From the human T2T-CHM13v2.0 reference genome, Homo sapiens: a stretch of 64,000 nt of DNA. Positions 42,190-56,299 of the stretch are shown here, piece by piece. The stretch lies in the NCBI RefSeq assembly GCF_009914755.1, contig NC_060936.1; one strand, 5' to 3'. The notes beneath the pieces were generated by a model that saw nothing but the letters and a program-made list of their open reading frames with translations, had not been told where the DNA came from and did not search any database. Both the position numbers and the translations under genes were made by a program. The number at the start of each line of letters is the position of its first letter. Positions within the stretch are counted from its first letter, which is position 1.

Positions 42190-42590
42190 CAAGACTTGAG
42201 TCAAGAAAGACCTGGATTCAAATAGTGACTGCCTGTGTTACTCTTGACAAGTTATCTTCTCTGAATTCAACTTTCTTACATTTAAGACATGTAAATAATA
42301 AAAGCGTTTGTGTATGCTGTTGTGAAGCTTAAATGAGATAACTAAAGCAGAAGTATCTTACCAAAAGAGTCAGACACAGTGGCTACACTACAAACACTTC
42401 AGAGCCCACTTCATGCCGGGTCCTAGGCATTGTCTACTTTAGTCATCATAACAATCCTATGAGAGAGATGCTGTACTAGCCCTATTTTCCCTGTGAGGAA
42501 GCTGAGGTCTAGAAGGGTTAAGTAACTTGAGTCAAAGATGGAGTGGGTGCAGCACTGCATCTGAACCAGGCCATCTGACTTGGCTTCATT
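42190..42590. mobile_element. Two MIRs in opposite orientation
   Basis: Sense MIR ~42190-42400 (gagtcaagaaagacctggattcaaat); antisense MIR ~42410-42590 (gtgaggaagctgagg...ggttaagtaacttg). Confidence 0.7.
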
Positions 42591-44539
42591 CCCCCCTTCT
42601 GAGAACCCCAAGGAGGAAAGTGCATGCCTGAGTGTCAGCTCCCCCAGGCCCAGGGCCTCCCTGACTTCATCGATTCATCCATGAGAATGCCTTTGGTTAA
42701 CAGAAAAGCCATAATCAAGGGAAATCCCTTGTGTCATTGTGAAGTTGTTTACTTATGATCCTGTGTTTTATCCTTAAGGTCAGAAGCTGCCAGCCATTGC
42801 TAGTAATACAGAGAGGCCGCAAGAGTCAGGCTAAGGTCTCAGCTGTTCCCCCCAACTCATGTCTCCTTTCCATCTAAAGGAATGAATTTTGATCAAAATT
42901 ACCATTTCTAAACACGACTGCCTCCACTTTCCTAGCTGTAACCTGACAACATTTGCAATGAAGTTGGCTGTATGCCTCAGCATGAGCCTTCACCATTTAG
43001 GAGCTACTTTCCTAGTTGACCCCTCACTCCCTAACAGTCCTTCCCTCAGGTTCTGCGCCAACGGTAGGTTTTCCATCCTCCACACCTCCTACTTATTCTC
43101 ACACATTTCAATCTTGCTCTGCTTACTCTATCACGTATCTGGGGAACTTCCCATTTCTTTGATCTGACAACACAAGGCCTAGCTTTCTTAAATGGCAATT
43201 TCCACAGAATATTAATGGAACTGAAACTGTTCTCTTATATTTCTTTGAAGACCTATATCCAGCATATCACTGGGGAAAATAAATATAACTTATTTCTGAG
43301 AACAGGGCTCAAATATTTGTACTTTTTTTGTAGTATGGTAATCAACTACTCTGTTTTACTCCCTTAAGTATATGACATGTCTTAAAACATATGTTGAAAC
43401 ATCTATTCCTTCACCAAGTAGTGAAAAGCGAGCTGTTTAAAGTAGGAGTCACTCTCTAACTGATCCAGGATAACATTTCATCTTTTTTCCTCTTCCACGT
43501 GCCTCCTGTACCTAGAGAGAGGGGAAGTATGATTCCGTGGGGATGATGTGTTTCTTCTCAAACACTCAGCTGAGTTGGTCTCTCTGTGATGAGGCCACAC
43601 ACCTGCGCTGGCCTGAATAAGTGTGGTTGATCTGATTTTGCACATGGTCCTAGAGACACAGCATATTTTTCATATAAATGAATGAATGACCTCCACCAAG
43701 GATATCAGAACGTCTTACATTTCCCTCACAATTTAATTTTTTTTTTTAGGGCTGTCTCAGTAAGCAGATGGGTGACCTACATCCCTAAGTGAAAAGATCA
43801 TGAAGTATTTTGAGAGTTCCACAAATCAAACAAAACTAAAATAGTATTTTGAATCACATTATGGAAATAGCTGAAGAATTAGTCTTTATGCATGTGGCCC
43901 ATTCCCCATATTCATGTTGAATTGCCATTATCAATTTTTAACGAACTTTAATTTTCTTTAGTTTTATTTTACTTCAATTTCACTAGTTGGTAATTTGTGT
44001 TTCTATTTTCACTCACTTTGCTTTTTACAACTGAAACAGTTATAATAGATGTTTCTAACAATCACAGACCCTCTGCCTCAAGACATTTAGTGGTTTCAGT
44101 ACAACCACTTCAAGCCACACTGTTTATGGAAATGACCTGAGACCTCAGAGATTATTTTAATTCGGTGTAAACATTGCCAGACATAATTTGATGGATCTGT
44201 ATGTGAATTTTGTTTCTTCACGGTATTTAACTTCTGTCACCAGCGTTAGCCTATTCTAGGCTAGTAAAAAAATGTGTAATTGTTAGATAACCAATCATAT
44301 CACCTCTGTGGTTTCCTGGAACCCAGCACCAGGCTGAGCCTGGGTTAGGTGGGAATAGGTGAAGCCTATGGCAGAGGGAGAGACCAATACCTGCTCAGAA
44401 GCCTGATGAATGGCACATGACCCTCAAAATCCATTTAGGCAGTACCATCTTTAAGGTAAAAATTCGGCCCACCTCTGGAATTATGAGATTTCTTGCCACA
44501 ACTACTTTCTCTTTATGTAAGTTGAGTAAGCTGGTCATG

Positions 44540-44748
44540 AGAAGAGACTAGGGGGTCTACCCTACTGTGTGGTAGAGATTTCCAGCTCTACCACACACTA
44601 GCTGCTTGATCCTGAGCCTCAGTTTTCTTGTCTGTAAAATGCAGATAATAATATTACCATCCACATGAGATTGTGGTTAGGGTTAAATAAGTGTGAAGGC
44701 ATTGAGACCAGTGCATCAATATTGTGAAGACTCAGTAAATGTTAGCCA
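44540..44748 (+). mobile_element. MIR SINE
   Basis: ccagctctacc...ctagctg...ctgagcctcagttttcttgtctgtaaaatg...ctcagtaaatgttagc. Confidence 0.8.
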
Positions 44749-45087
44749 GTGCCATGGTCAGTTTTATGTGTCACCTCAGCTGGGCAAAGAATCTACTTAC
44801 TCAATCAAACAATAATCTAGTGCTGCTATGAAGGTGTTTTTGTAGATATACAATTAGTTGACTTTAGGTAAAGGAGATTATCCTTGATAATCTGAGTGGG
44901 CCTCATGTAATCAGTTGAAAGGCCTTATGAGCAAAACTGAGGATTTCCCCTGGGAAGAAGTAATTCTGCCTCCAGACTTCATTGCCAGCCCCTGCCCCAA
45001 ATTGTCCAGCCGCAGGCCCGCCCTACAGATTTTGAACCTGTCTAGCCAGAGCCCACAGTTGTATAAACCTATTCAAGTACTTGAGAA

Positions 45088-45368
45088 GACCGGACATGGT
45101 GGCTCACACCTGTAATCCCAGCACTTTGGGGGACTGAGGCAGGAGGATTGCTTGAGCCCAGGAGCTCAAGACCAGCCTGGGCAACATAGAAAAACCCCGT
45201 GTCTACAAAAAATACAAAAATTAGCCAGGTGTGCTGGTGTGCACATATAGTCCCAGCTACTCAGGAGGCTGAGGTGGGAGGATCAATCGAGCCTTGGAGG
45301 TGAAGACTGCAGTTAGGAAAGTTATCATCCAGCCTGGTTGACAGAGCAAGACTGTCTCGAAAAAAAAT
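45088..45368 (+). mobile_element. AluJ with damaged right arm
   Basis: ggaggattgcttgagcccaggag, cctgggcaacatag, gaggtgggaggatc; the right-arm segment gagccgagatcgcgccactgcac is replaced by a short unrelated stretch. Confidence 0.9.
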
Positions 45369-45736
45369 CTTGACAAGAAGTTGCATCTCATTATTCACTA
45401 GTTATGTTCTGTAAAGTTGCCATGAACACTGAATTAGTGAATACAGACCCATTGCTCCTACAGAAAATACAGGGTTAGGTTCCTGCAAGCTTCTGGTCAC
45501 ATTTTCATCAACCAATCAGTACATAGCTTTGTTTACCTGTGTTTCTGACACCTTATTTAATATATATGTATTAAAAATAATGAATTGCACAATCTTTGAA
45601 TGATTTAAAGCCAGGGGCTTTGGAAGCCATTTGCATGATATAGGTTCATTTGCCAATATCCTGGTAAAACAAACCAGTAACACTGGCATTGAAAGTCTTC
45701 TCCTTCACATAATTCTTTTGTATAATATTTAGCAGA

Positions 45737-46331
45737 TTTTTTTTTTTTTTAGCTTTTGTGGGTACATAGTAGGTATATGTATTCATGGTGTATACAAGAT
45801 GTTTTGATAAAGGCATGCAATGTGTAATAAGCACTTCATGGAGAATGGGGTGTCCATCCCCTCAAGCATTTATTCTTTGAGTTACAAACAATCAATTTTC
45901 ACTCTTTCTTTTAAAATGTACAATGCGGTTATTATTGACTGTAGTCACTCTGTTGTGCTATCAAATAGTAGGTCTTATTCATTATTTCTATCTTTGTATA
46001 CCCATTAACCGTCCCCACCTCCTCCCCCAACACCCCCACTGCCCCTGCCAGGCTCTGGTAACCATCCTTCTACTCTCTCAGTCCGTAAGTTCACTTGTTT
46101 TTAGTTTTAGATCCCACAAATAAGTGAGAATATGTGATGTTTGTCTTTCTGCATCTGGCTTGTTTCGCTTAACATAATTATCTCCAGTTTCATCCATGTC
46201 ACTGCAAATGACTGGATCTCATTCTTTTTATGACTGAATAGTACTCCGTTGTGTATAAGTACCACATTTTCTTTATCCATTCATCTGTTTATAAACACTT
46301 AAGTTGCTTCCAAATCTTAGCTATTATAAAC
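45737..46331 (-). mobile_element. L1MA (approx. L1MA2) 3' end
   Basis: ttttgtgggtacatagtagg...ggcatgcaatgtgtaataa...catcccctcaagcattta...agatcccacaaataagtgagaa. Confidence 0.88.
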
Positions 46332-46498
46332 TTGGTAGATATTTTAAAAATTATTCTATAGTCTCTTGATCTACAGAATCTGCTTTGCCTGCAAGTTTAA
46401 CATTTTTCACGCTATACTGCTTTTTACATGTGTGAGCCAGCCAGCTCTAGCCAAGAAGGGCTTAAGGTTTTCCTGGTTCTGGGTAACATAACCTTACC

Positions 46499-46831
46499 TT
46501 AAGTTTCTCTATTTTCGGCCTCACAACAGTGTTGTCCGGTATGTTTGTTTGTTTGTTGGTTTGTTTGGTCTGTCATTATCTCATGAAGCCAGAAGTTTAG
46601 CCACTTTTCCATTTTTTCTATAGCTTCATCAAAAACTATAGATGTTATTTTAGTACTTTTCAGAGTGGCCTCATATACAGAGCAGTGAATGTCTTCTTTT
46701 TGCTGGATGTACTGTATAGCTGAGTCATTAACATTGAACTCACAGCCAATAGCACTATAACTCATGCCTGAAGGAAGCTTATCTAACACATGTATTTTCT
46801 CCAAAAGGCACATTGTGGCCTTCTTGTGCAC
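46499..46831 (-). pseudogene. Tigger transposase N-terminal remnant (CENP-B/psq-type HTH region)
   Basis: [36 protein letters not shown]...[14 protein letters not shown] matches the Tigger N-terminal DNA-binding region; the upstream ATG at ~46878 is out of frame. Confidence 0.8.
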
Positions 46832-47117
46832 TTAGGAACAGGAGGCAGGCAGCGCTTCAGCACAAGGTTTGGGGGCATTTTAAACAGTGAAATCACCCAA
46901 AAAAAGCATAAAAATGTGAAAAACATGGCACTAAATTGACTGCAAAAAGGATACATTTATAGTGTTAGAGCTGGAACAAGAAGGCAGAGTATTGCTTCAT
47001 TCAACCTCAGCTGTCCTGGGCAATTCAAACTTTTCTCTGCTCTGTGTATGTCTGTGAATGACCATGAAAGAACCATGAATACGAATTTGGAGATCACAAA
47101 AACACTTTAGTAAGTAT

Positions 47118-48013
47118 TGATACAGGAGGAGAGCAGGGAAGTACTGGGAGGAGAAGGGTGGGGTCTCTGGCAAGGGCTCCACCCTCAGGCCTATGCTCAC
47201 AGATCTAGGTGAAGACAGGCATTCCTGCCTTTGCACCCAAATGTTGCATTTTCTAAGACCACCCTGGCCTGCCATGCCCCCATCCAGTGCCCATAAAACC
47301 CCTGAGGCCCTAGCAGGCACAAACATAAGCAGCTGAATGTCAACAGGAACACACTGGTAGAAGAGACACAAGTGGCTGCACGTCAAGAGGAACACATCAG
47401 CAAAAGGGCACACAGGCAGCTGGAAGTCGAGAGGAGCAGAGGTGCGGAAGAGCGCACTGAGAGGCACCAGAAGACGCCGGCCGGCCATTGACCAGCGGAA
47501 CGACATGGACCCTGAGGGGAATATGGCTGGGGCGGTCAGAGAAGAGTCAGGCCACTGAACACCCGACTCCAAGAGAAAACCACCTTCCCACTCCATCCCC
47601 CTTTTGGCTCCCCATCCATCTGCTGAGAGCTACTTCCACCGTTCAGTAAAACCTTGCACTCATTCTCCAAGCCCACGTGTGATCCGACTCTTCCAGTATA
47701 CTAAGGCAAGAACCCTGGAATACAGAAAGCCCTCTGTCCTTGAGATAAGGCAGAGGGTCTAATTGAGCTGATCAACACAAGCCACCTACAGATAGATGGC
47801 AAAACTAAAAGAGAACATGGTAACACACGCCCACTGAGGCTTCAAAAGCTGTAAACATTCACCCCTAGACACTGCCGTGGGGTTGGAGCCCATGACCACA
47901 ACCTGCCCGTCTGCAGGCTTCCCCTACAGGTTTGAGCAGCAGGGCACTGAAGAAGTGAGCCACACCCCCATTGCATGCCCTGTGAGGGAGATAAGGGAAC
48001 TTTTCCCATTTCA
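47118..48013 (+). mobile_element. LTR1-family (ERV1) solo LTR
   Basis: TGATACAGG...gcagggaagtactggg...caggcattcctg...cccaaatgttgc...cccataaaacccc...gggaacttttcccatttCA. Confidence 0.8.
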
Positions 48014-49234
48014 GTGCGTATATTTGCAAATATGGAATCTGTGAATACTGAGGATTAAGATATACATATGTTTCTTCTCCTGGCTCTATTTCTCTGGTAG
48101 AATCCTGATGCAGCTAATATTATTAATTATTCTCAATATTCCTGTAATACCTCAGAGGATTTTTTAAATTGGAATTAAGTATTGTATTTGAATAGCAGGT
48201 ATTGAATAAATATGAATAAATGTTTGCATAATTAAACTGACAGAAACGTCTATGTTTCATAAAACATTCTGGCATAAAATGTGATGGGAATAAAGGAAAG
48301 TTCAGCCACATGTAGCTTGGATGTGCATCTCACCCGGTGAGGTGCATCATTCAGTCACGGTTGGCTCAGTTGGGTCCTCCAGGACAGCATGATCAGAAGA
48401 GTAGCATCCACCCACCCAGATTGAGAGTCCACTATGCAGCAGATATTGCCCCACAGTACATGGTAAGATAAGTGGGGGAAAGAAGAACAAAACATCTACA
48501 AGAAAAATAATGTCATAAACAATAACTAATCAGCATAATTGAAAAAGCAAAGTACATGGGTAATATGATAAGTAAAGGGAAATGTATCGCACCTTAGAAG
48601 GGAAGGAGATTTTAAGCTAAGGGAGATTAAGGGTGGGGTCTCATAAGGTGTCTGAATTTCAGGGTCATTCTAAAGGAACAGCACAGTGGCTTGCAACAAA
48701 AAAGGGTGGTCATGCTGAAGACAACCTGTGGTAGTTTGCTGAGAAAATGACCACTTAAATGGTTTCTTCACAATATGGATCCAGGTTAACAGTAATTTGG
48801 ACAATAAAAAATTGAGAAACAGAGCTATCAAGAAAAACACTGCAAATGAAAGAACTGTAGCAAATAGCATAAAGGGACATACGTTTTCATTAACATAAGA
48901 TGCACCCCGAAGGTATAATTATCTATAACTGAAATTGCAACATTCTTAAAATGTAGGCAAATTTTCCTACAAGTACTAAGAGCAATAAAGAGAATTCTCA
49001 CAAGAGAACATATAAAATGAAGGACAGATGTTTAGTATAAATATATTTGTCTTACAGAGTCAAAGAAGATGTCTTTTCATTTATTTTATTTGGATTAGAA
49101 CACACCAGAGGGTTGTTCATGCTAAATAGCTTCTACATAATTTTTTCCATTCTGATAATCTAAATATTCCAGGGGTAACTCAGTAAATATGATACCTAGA
49201 AGAATGTCTTAGTGAATGACCAGTTAACAACAAT

Positions 49235-51350
49235 TCATTTTTCTCATTCAGCAAACATTTATTGAGCATTTAACATGAGCCAGCCACTATCCCAGGAGTT
49301 GGGAATGCAGTAGTGACCAAGAGACCTAAAGCCTCTGAATTCATGGAGTTTACACTCTACTAAGTAGTAAAAGCAACAAAGAAGCAAGAATTACAGGTGG
49401 TGTTAAGATTAATGAGGAAAATAAAACAGGGTGATGAGATAAAGAATGACCTGGTACTGCTTTAGATTGGGTAGTCAGGGATGGCCTCTCTGAGGCTGAA
49501 CATTAGTTGAGACCTGAATGATAAGAAGGACCTGAGCACACAAAGATCCAGGGGAAGAGCATGTCAGGCAGATGTAAGTCAGCACAAAGGGCTCTGTGCA
49601 GGGATGAGCTTGGCGTGTTCCAAAATCAGAAAGAAGGCAAGCATAGGTGGAATGTTGTGAGCAAAGAAAGGAGTGGGGGAAAATGGCATCATAGAGGTGT
49701 GCAGACACCATTCAGGAAGGCCTTTTTGGAAGGATGAGGAAGAGACATTAATTCCAAGTGGAAGGGGAGCCAATGGAAGTATTTCAGCATGATATTGATT
49801 ATTCTTAAAGATCATTCTGAAGGGTGAATAATGGATTGCAGAAATTGAAAGACCAATTAGCAGCTTTTAATTTAAATTCAACAAACATATGATAGCTTAG
49901 GTTAGGATATTGGCAACAGAAGTGGAACAAATTAGACAAATTTGGGATACGGTTTGAAGGTATTGTTAAGAATTTGGTCAGGAAAGGGGGAAATTTAATA
50001 TTATTCTCAGATTTTTGACTTGAGTGACTGAACAGATGTTGGTATAATTTTTGAGATGAGGAAACTATGAAAATATTTGAGGAAGAATTTGGAAACATCT
50101 ATTATATATCTGACTAGAGGTATCAAGTGGACATTTGATTGTATGGATCTAGTGTTTAGGGGTGGAGATAAACTTGATGATCAATAATTTGTAGAGAATA
50201 CGTAAAGCCACAAGACTGGATGAGAGCACTAAGGAAGAGAGTATAGAAAAAGAAGAAAAGAAACCTTGCTTCAGAGACCTGTGGAATGCCAACATTTAGC
50301 AGTCAGACTGATGTGCAGTGGTGTGCAGCACCTAAAATGGCCTCTAGTGATCTTCATCTACTGGTATTCATGCTGTTACCTTGTCTCCTCCAACAATGAA
50401 TAATAGCTGGCAAGCATGACCAATACAGTACCGTAGAGGTGACAGTGCATGACTTTCAAGGTTTGATCATAAAAGGAATTGCAGTATCCACCCAGCTCTG
50501 TTTGTCAGCTCACTTAAGGGAAAGCCAGCCACCATGTTGTGAAGACACTCAAGCAGCATCACATGCGGGTGAACCAGGCCAAGTTAGGCTTCAGATGACT
50601 GCAGATCTCTGTGACATCTGACTGGCAACCCCATGGGACCCCAAGTCACTCCCAAACTCATGACCCACAGAAACTGAAGAAAATGAATGATTATTGTCAG
50701 TTTAAGCCACTAAGTTTTGAGTTAACTTCTTAAGCAGAACAGGTATTGATAGAGTAACAAGCAAAACAGATCAAGGAAACAAAGCCAACGTTTCAGGAAG
50801 ACGACTAGGAAAACCGAGGCAGTAGAGAAAGAGTTGTAGGTTTGAAGAGAGAGGAGATGTGAAATAATCATTTGGGAGAATGGGAAATGGATCATACTAT
50901 AAAACTCAGTAGGACTGGTGGGTTGCATTGAGACCCCATTTGAGATTTTCCTTTATAAATCTTCAGACTCATGTGGGGTTTTTTTCCCATAAATATTTAA
51001 TGGCTTGGATTCTGACAGAGTAGGCAAGAATTGGGGATAGAGTGGTAGTTTTACCAGATGAGTATAAAGAAGGAACAGAGGAAGAAGAGAGTTGACATTA
51101 TTGCAAGAGAGGGATTATAAAGATAGACCATAAGCTTGAACGTGGGTAAGAAAGATAATGAAAATATGGAAGGCAACTGAAAGTGAAAGGTAGGAGGACT
51201 CGAGGCTTAGAGTCCTTGTTGGAATGGAAGAATGCTGGAAGGAAGTATCAGAGGAGACAAGCTAGAAGGAAAGGAGGCAGTGACTAGACATTAGTTTGCT
51301 TAAAGCTGAGATTTTAGATGCACTATAGACATCGATGGAGATGTCTCCAC
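49235..51350 (-). mobile_element. Long L2, interrupted by MLT1
   Basis: Starts with the antisense L2 tail cattcagcaaacatttattgagc; purine-rich L2 body to ~50310 and again after ~50760. Confidence 0.75.
50316..50750 (+). mobile_element. MLT1 (MaLR) LTR, MLT1F-like
   Basis: ctaaaatggcctctagtgatc...ctggtattcatg...gccaccatgttgtga...ctcccaaactcatgacccacagaaactg...ttttaagccactaagtttt. Confidence 0.75.
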
Positions 51351-51433
51351 CATTATAAGGAAATAATGACAATTATTTTGAAAATAACGTTTAATATTTA
51401 TTAGATATGTACTAGATGCCAGACCTTCTTTTA

Positions 51434-51747
<314 letters not shown>

Positions 51748-54325
51748 AAAAACCATTCATGCAGTATCATTTCTCCTCACAAAACCTTAATTTTACAGAT
51801 AAGGAAACTGAGGCATGCCCCAAATCATACAGCTAACAAGTAGCACTGTTGGGGTTGAAACCCAGGCTGTCTAATACAGAACATACACCCTTAACCAGTC
51901 TGTCACAATGACTGGAGGAGTGGGTAGCTAACAACAGCAACAGAAAGAGGTATTGTATGGTGATTTTCTTTTTGAAGGAATGTAGAGGAGAGAGAATGAG
52001 GTGCAAATATAGGATGGCTAGTCCATATCCAGTTGTTGAGATATGTCAGCAAGGTCAGTCTGGTTGAGGGATGTCCAGGATAAGGATGAGATGAGAATTT
52101 GAATGTTGACACAAAATCTGGAAGGCTTGGGCTTCTGAGAGCAATGGAGGCAAATGGAAATTAGGTGCCTACTAGACTGGTCCTGTCATTCTCTTCAGAT
52201 GGGGGAATATGGTGCCCCTAGGCAATGTTTCTCATTTGCAGTTCCAGGGACATGATGACCCAGGGATGAGTGAAGGATATCTGCTGATCAAGTGTTAGGG
52301 ACTCTGATAATATCAAGTCTAGGAATTGCTTCCATGATATCTTTGCATGAAGATGCTGAAAGGGGCTAGAAATTTAGGGACAAGTTTAAGGATTATTGAG
52401 ACTCTTGTAATCTGAGAAACAACTTCCTACTCTGAGTCAATCATTAGGAATTCAGGGTTATTACAGCATAGATGAGTAAATAAAAATTGATATTCGGAGA
52501 AACTAGGTCATGTGATACCTTAAATAATTAGGGGACCAAGAAAGGGTAAAATCCGGGGAGTCCTATAGTGTATTTTCTTCTACTTCCAATACATTATTTT
52601 GAGGAAATTGTTTGTTTTGACTAACCAGAGATTGAAGCAGTTTCCTGGGTAATTTAGGAAAAATAGACAAGTTCGCAAAAAAATAACGTATCAGTGGGAG
52701 TCTACATGCCAAACTCGTCAAAGTTCTTATCCCTGAAAAGGGAAAGAAATATGATTTGTAAAAATGTAGTTAATGGAGACATTAGATGTACCTGCCGTGT
52801 TTCATTTCCTGGAGGGACTTGGGAAGAAGAATTATAAATGTTCAAAGTTATTCTTTTGGGGTAGTAAGAATGTGAGTGTTTGTTTTATTTTTCTGTATAC
52901 TTTTCTTCAGTTTTTTAACTCTTCAGAAAAAAATAGGAAAAGCAGCCTGTGAAAGAATTATTAAAAATTATTAAAAATATATTTCAATAAGGAATCATAT
53001 GTTCTAGGTAAAAAGCTAAAAGGAAATGTTTTATGGAAACATAAAAATTAGGTTACAGGACATTTTATTTCAAATAGGAGATATGGAAGACTACATTTGT
53101 CTTTTCCTCTTCCTTAAATTAACTGCCTCACTTTTTTTTAAACTTATGACACATGAGTGCACAACCATGACCAATTGCAGTGAAACGTCACTTACACATG
53201 CCCATAGTGAATGCTTGCACAGGCATGCATTCACTTTAAAAAGTGAATGGCCAAAAGCCCTAAAGTAATCATGACCTTGCAAAAAAAATTAATCCTCCAA
53301 AAACGTTACACATAAATTTATTTCACTGGGAAACAAAACAATCCAACAAAAAAAACGCATCATATATATAATCAGGACCCAGGTTTTTATTTCATCAGCA
53401 AGCTGGCCATCATTCTATAGTCCTTCAAAGATGTATTTGAGGGCTGCTTAGAAATGGAGTGTGACACATACACATTTTACTTCCAGGTGAATAAGGCTCT
53501 TCTGAAAGGTGCTGAGCCCAAGGCCCTGGACAGGGAAATTTCACTTATCGCCACATAATGATGACTTGGATAAGAGCAGAGCATATTATCAGTGCCTAAC
53601 GGGTGTAATATGTAGGCTAAAGCCACTCAGAACCCACAGGATAGGCAGAAAAAAACAGATTAGAACAATGCTCTTCATGTCTGTTGAGCACCTTCAGCTG
53701 TCTGAGGAGATCATGAGGGGGTTCTGTCTCTAGGACTTGGGCCGCCTACAGAGTGGAATTAGGATCTGGGTTCAAACCAAGGTTTAGGTTCAAATCCTGG
53801 ATCTTCCACTTTCCATCCATGCAACGACTGTGCAAATTACACAATCTCTCTGAGCTTTGCCCTTCACATGTTTAAATGTGGCAAAAAAGGCCTGCTTTGT
53901 AGGGGCATAGTGATACTGAAATGCATAAATTTCCTAGTTTAAAGTAGACAATCCATAGAGTTCCTCTTCCTTCTCAACAGCAAAGAGCTAACAAAGCATT
54001 CATCCAAAACTCTCAAGAAATTAAGTAATAACATCTTAGATGTATTCGGCAGGAAGCTTATCTGATACTTTACTCTCTCCCATTCCCTATTCCAGAAAAA
54101 ATTAGTCAACTTCATGAGGATTATTGTACAATAATAATAACAACAACATCAATAAATGTGTATTGAATGCTTTAAGCTGTGCTGGGCCTTTTGCTAACTA
54201 TTTCTATATTTTATTCCATTTAAACCTAACATCTGCCTAAGGAGGATGTACTCCAGTATTCCCATTTTTGGAGGAAGAAATAACCTAAGTTTACACTACT
54301 AATAACGGAGAAAGCTGAGACTTGA

Positions 54326-54631
<306 letters not shown>

Positions 54632-56299
54632 TGAACCCAGCACTTCTGACTCCAGAGGCTACCTGCCTAATCACTAGGCTATGCTAGTCCATCATAATTA
54701 AAAATAAATGAGAGGAAATTCCAGGACCACTTTTCAGAAAAAACAAAATATGCAAGGGCACCTCTTCAAATCATTATGTAAATTTTCTTATGTGAAAACT
54801 AAACATTATTTCTTACTGTTTAAGTCCTAATTTTAACAGCTTTGATACCACAGGTTTTGTCACATCATCTTGATCAAAGTGAATTACCTACAGTTAATAG
54901 CTGCAAACTGATGTTGAGCTGCACTTGCTATATCACTTTTGAAAACACAGTCAACATATAAGTAGAGCTTCTCAAGGAACAAGCCAGAAAAATACCTTTG
55001 TCTTGCATCTGTTCATTTTCATTGCCAAGTAAATAAATAATCATCTGCTCTAGTATAAGGTTTATCAGCTGCCTGGATGCAACAAGAATGAGTTAAATTC
55101 CAAGCCAAACCATGTAATTAGTTGAGTCAGGTACACAAGGATAATCCAGACAGAAGTGGGCTTAATAAATGGCTTTTATTTTAATTTTCACTGACAGAGC
55201 CACTAACGAAATACATTCTCTACTCTCTTCGTCCTTCTTCAAGGAAATTCAGATATGCCTTTATCAGCATTAACTAGCTGCTATTTCACTATTAAAATTA
55301 TCAAAACCAGGTATATCAGGCTTTGAAAATGAAGTTATGAATGTTTAATGCCTTTGTAATTAGAAGAAAACAAGACATTGGTGCCAATGCATTCATTTTA
55401 TTCCCAATGACCAATTTTGTGGGGATGTATTTCTCCTCTTCTGACCAATGTCTCATATCTTACTGGCCAGTAGACAGCTCTCATTTTACCCAACTAGAAG
55501 TGTTTAGAAATGATGATATTAATTAGAAGCTAAAAACCAAATTATATACTTATCATATTGAATAAATATGAAGGTGTTTATGAATTGGTGTGTTCTTTGG
55601 AAGAAAATTAATTGTTTAGATGCATAATTCAATTAACAGGTATGAGTAATGGCATAGTATCTTCATTTTGTGGAATAGAAAAGCAATTGCACCCTGAAAG
55701 CTCTTGACACCATTTTTTAAATATTAAAATTCTCTCAGGCTATGAACAAGTATAAGGAAAATTTTAGGTGATAATCAATATTGAGCTTTCACAAATATGT
55801 GGCATTCGATTATGGTAAAAATATGGGAACTATTGCTCTGTCATTCTCAAAAAAGTTACCATTAAGTGGCTTGAACATTTTTAATTTTCACATTTAAACA
55901 ATATGTTTCTTGGGATTTATGATCACTTTTTGCTACATAGGTATCTAAATCAAAGATGACCATGCCACTGCACTTGTTGCCAGGGACAGGAGGCCCCTTG
56001 GGATCACGCTCAACATTGTCTATGACAGAGTTCCTCATTCTGCCCACCACTCCTATCCTGAACTCTTTGTTGTTACGTTCACACATTTTGCAGTTGCATA
56101 CTCCTCATGTTGTTTGTGCTATGCTTTCTGCCTAGAGACTTTCCCACCTTTCTTCAGTTCACTATCTTTTAAGAGTCAGCTCCAGCTAAACTTCTCAAGT
56201 TGGGTAAGATGCTCTGTCCTGTGGTTCCATAGCACTTTGTGCATACTTCCATTATTGCACTTTTTATTTAGATGGCTTTCCAACTAGGGTGTGAACAAT

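Larger units (their letters stand above)
45378..48060 (-). mobile_element. MER82/Tigger17-type Tc1/mariner-pogo DNA transposon with internal transposase remnant
   Basis: MER82-like ends (tctcattattcac...tagttatgttct and ggaatctgtgaatactgaggat) are mutually inverted; extra internal sequence relative to MER82; strand given is that of the transposase. Confidence 0.8.
44750..48120 (+). mobile_element. MLT2D-like solo LTR split by nested elements (pieces ~44750-45085 and ~48061-48120)
   Basis: atggtcagttttatgtgtca...gagattatccttgataatctgagtgggcctcat...cagttgaaaggcctt; 3' end ctcctggctctatttctctggtagaatcctga resumes at ~48075. Confidence 0.7.

Noticed and set aside
46997-47596. Longest ORF in the window (199 aa)
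   Set aside because: Antisense read-through of the LTR1-family LTR into Tigger sequence; no recognisable domain.
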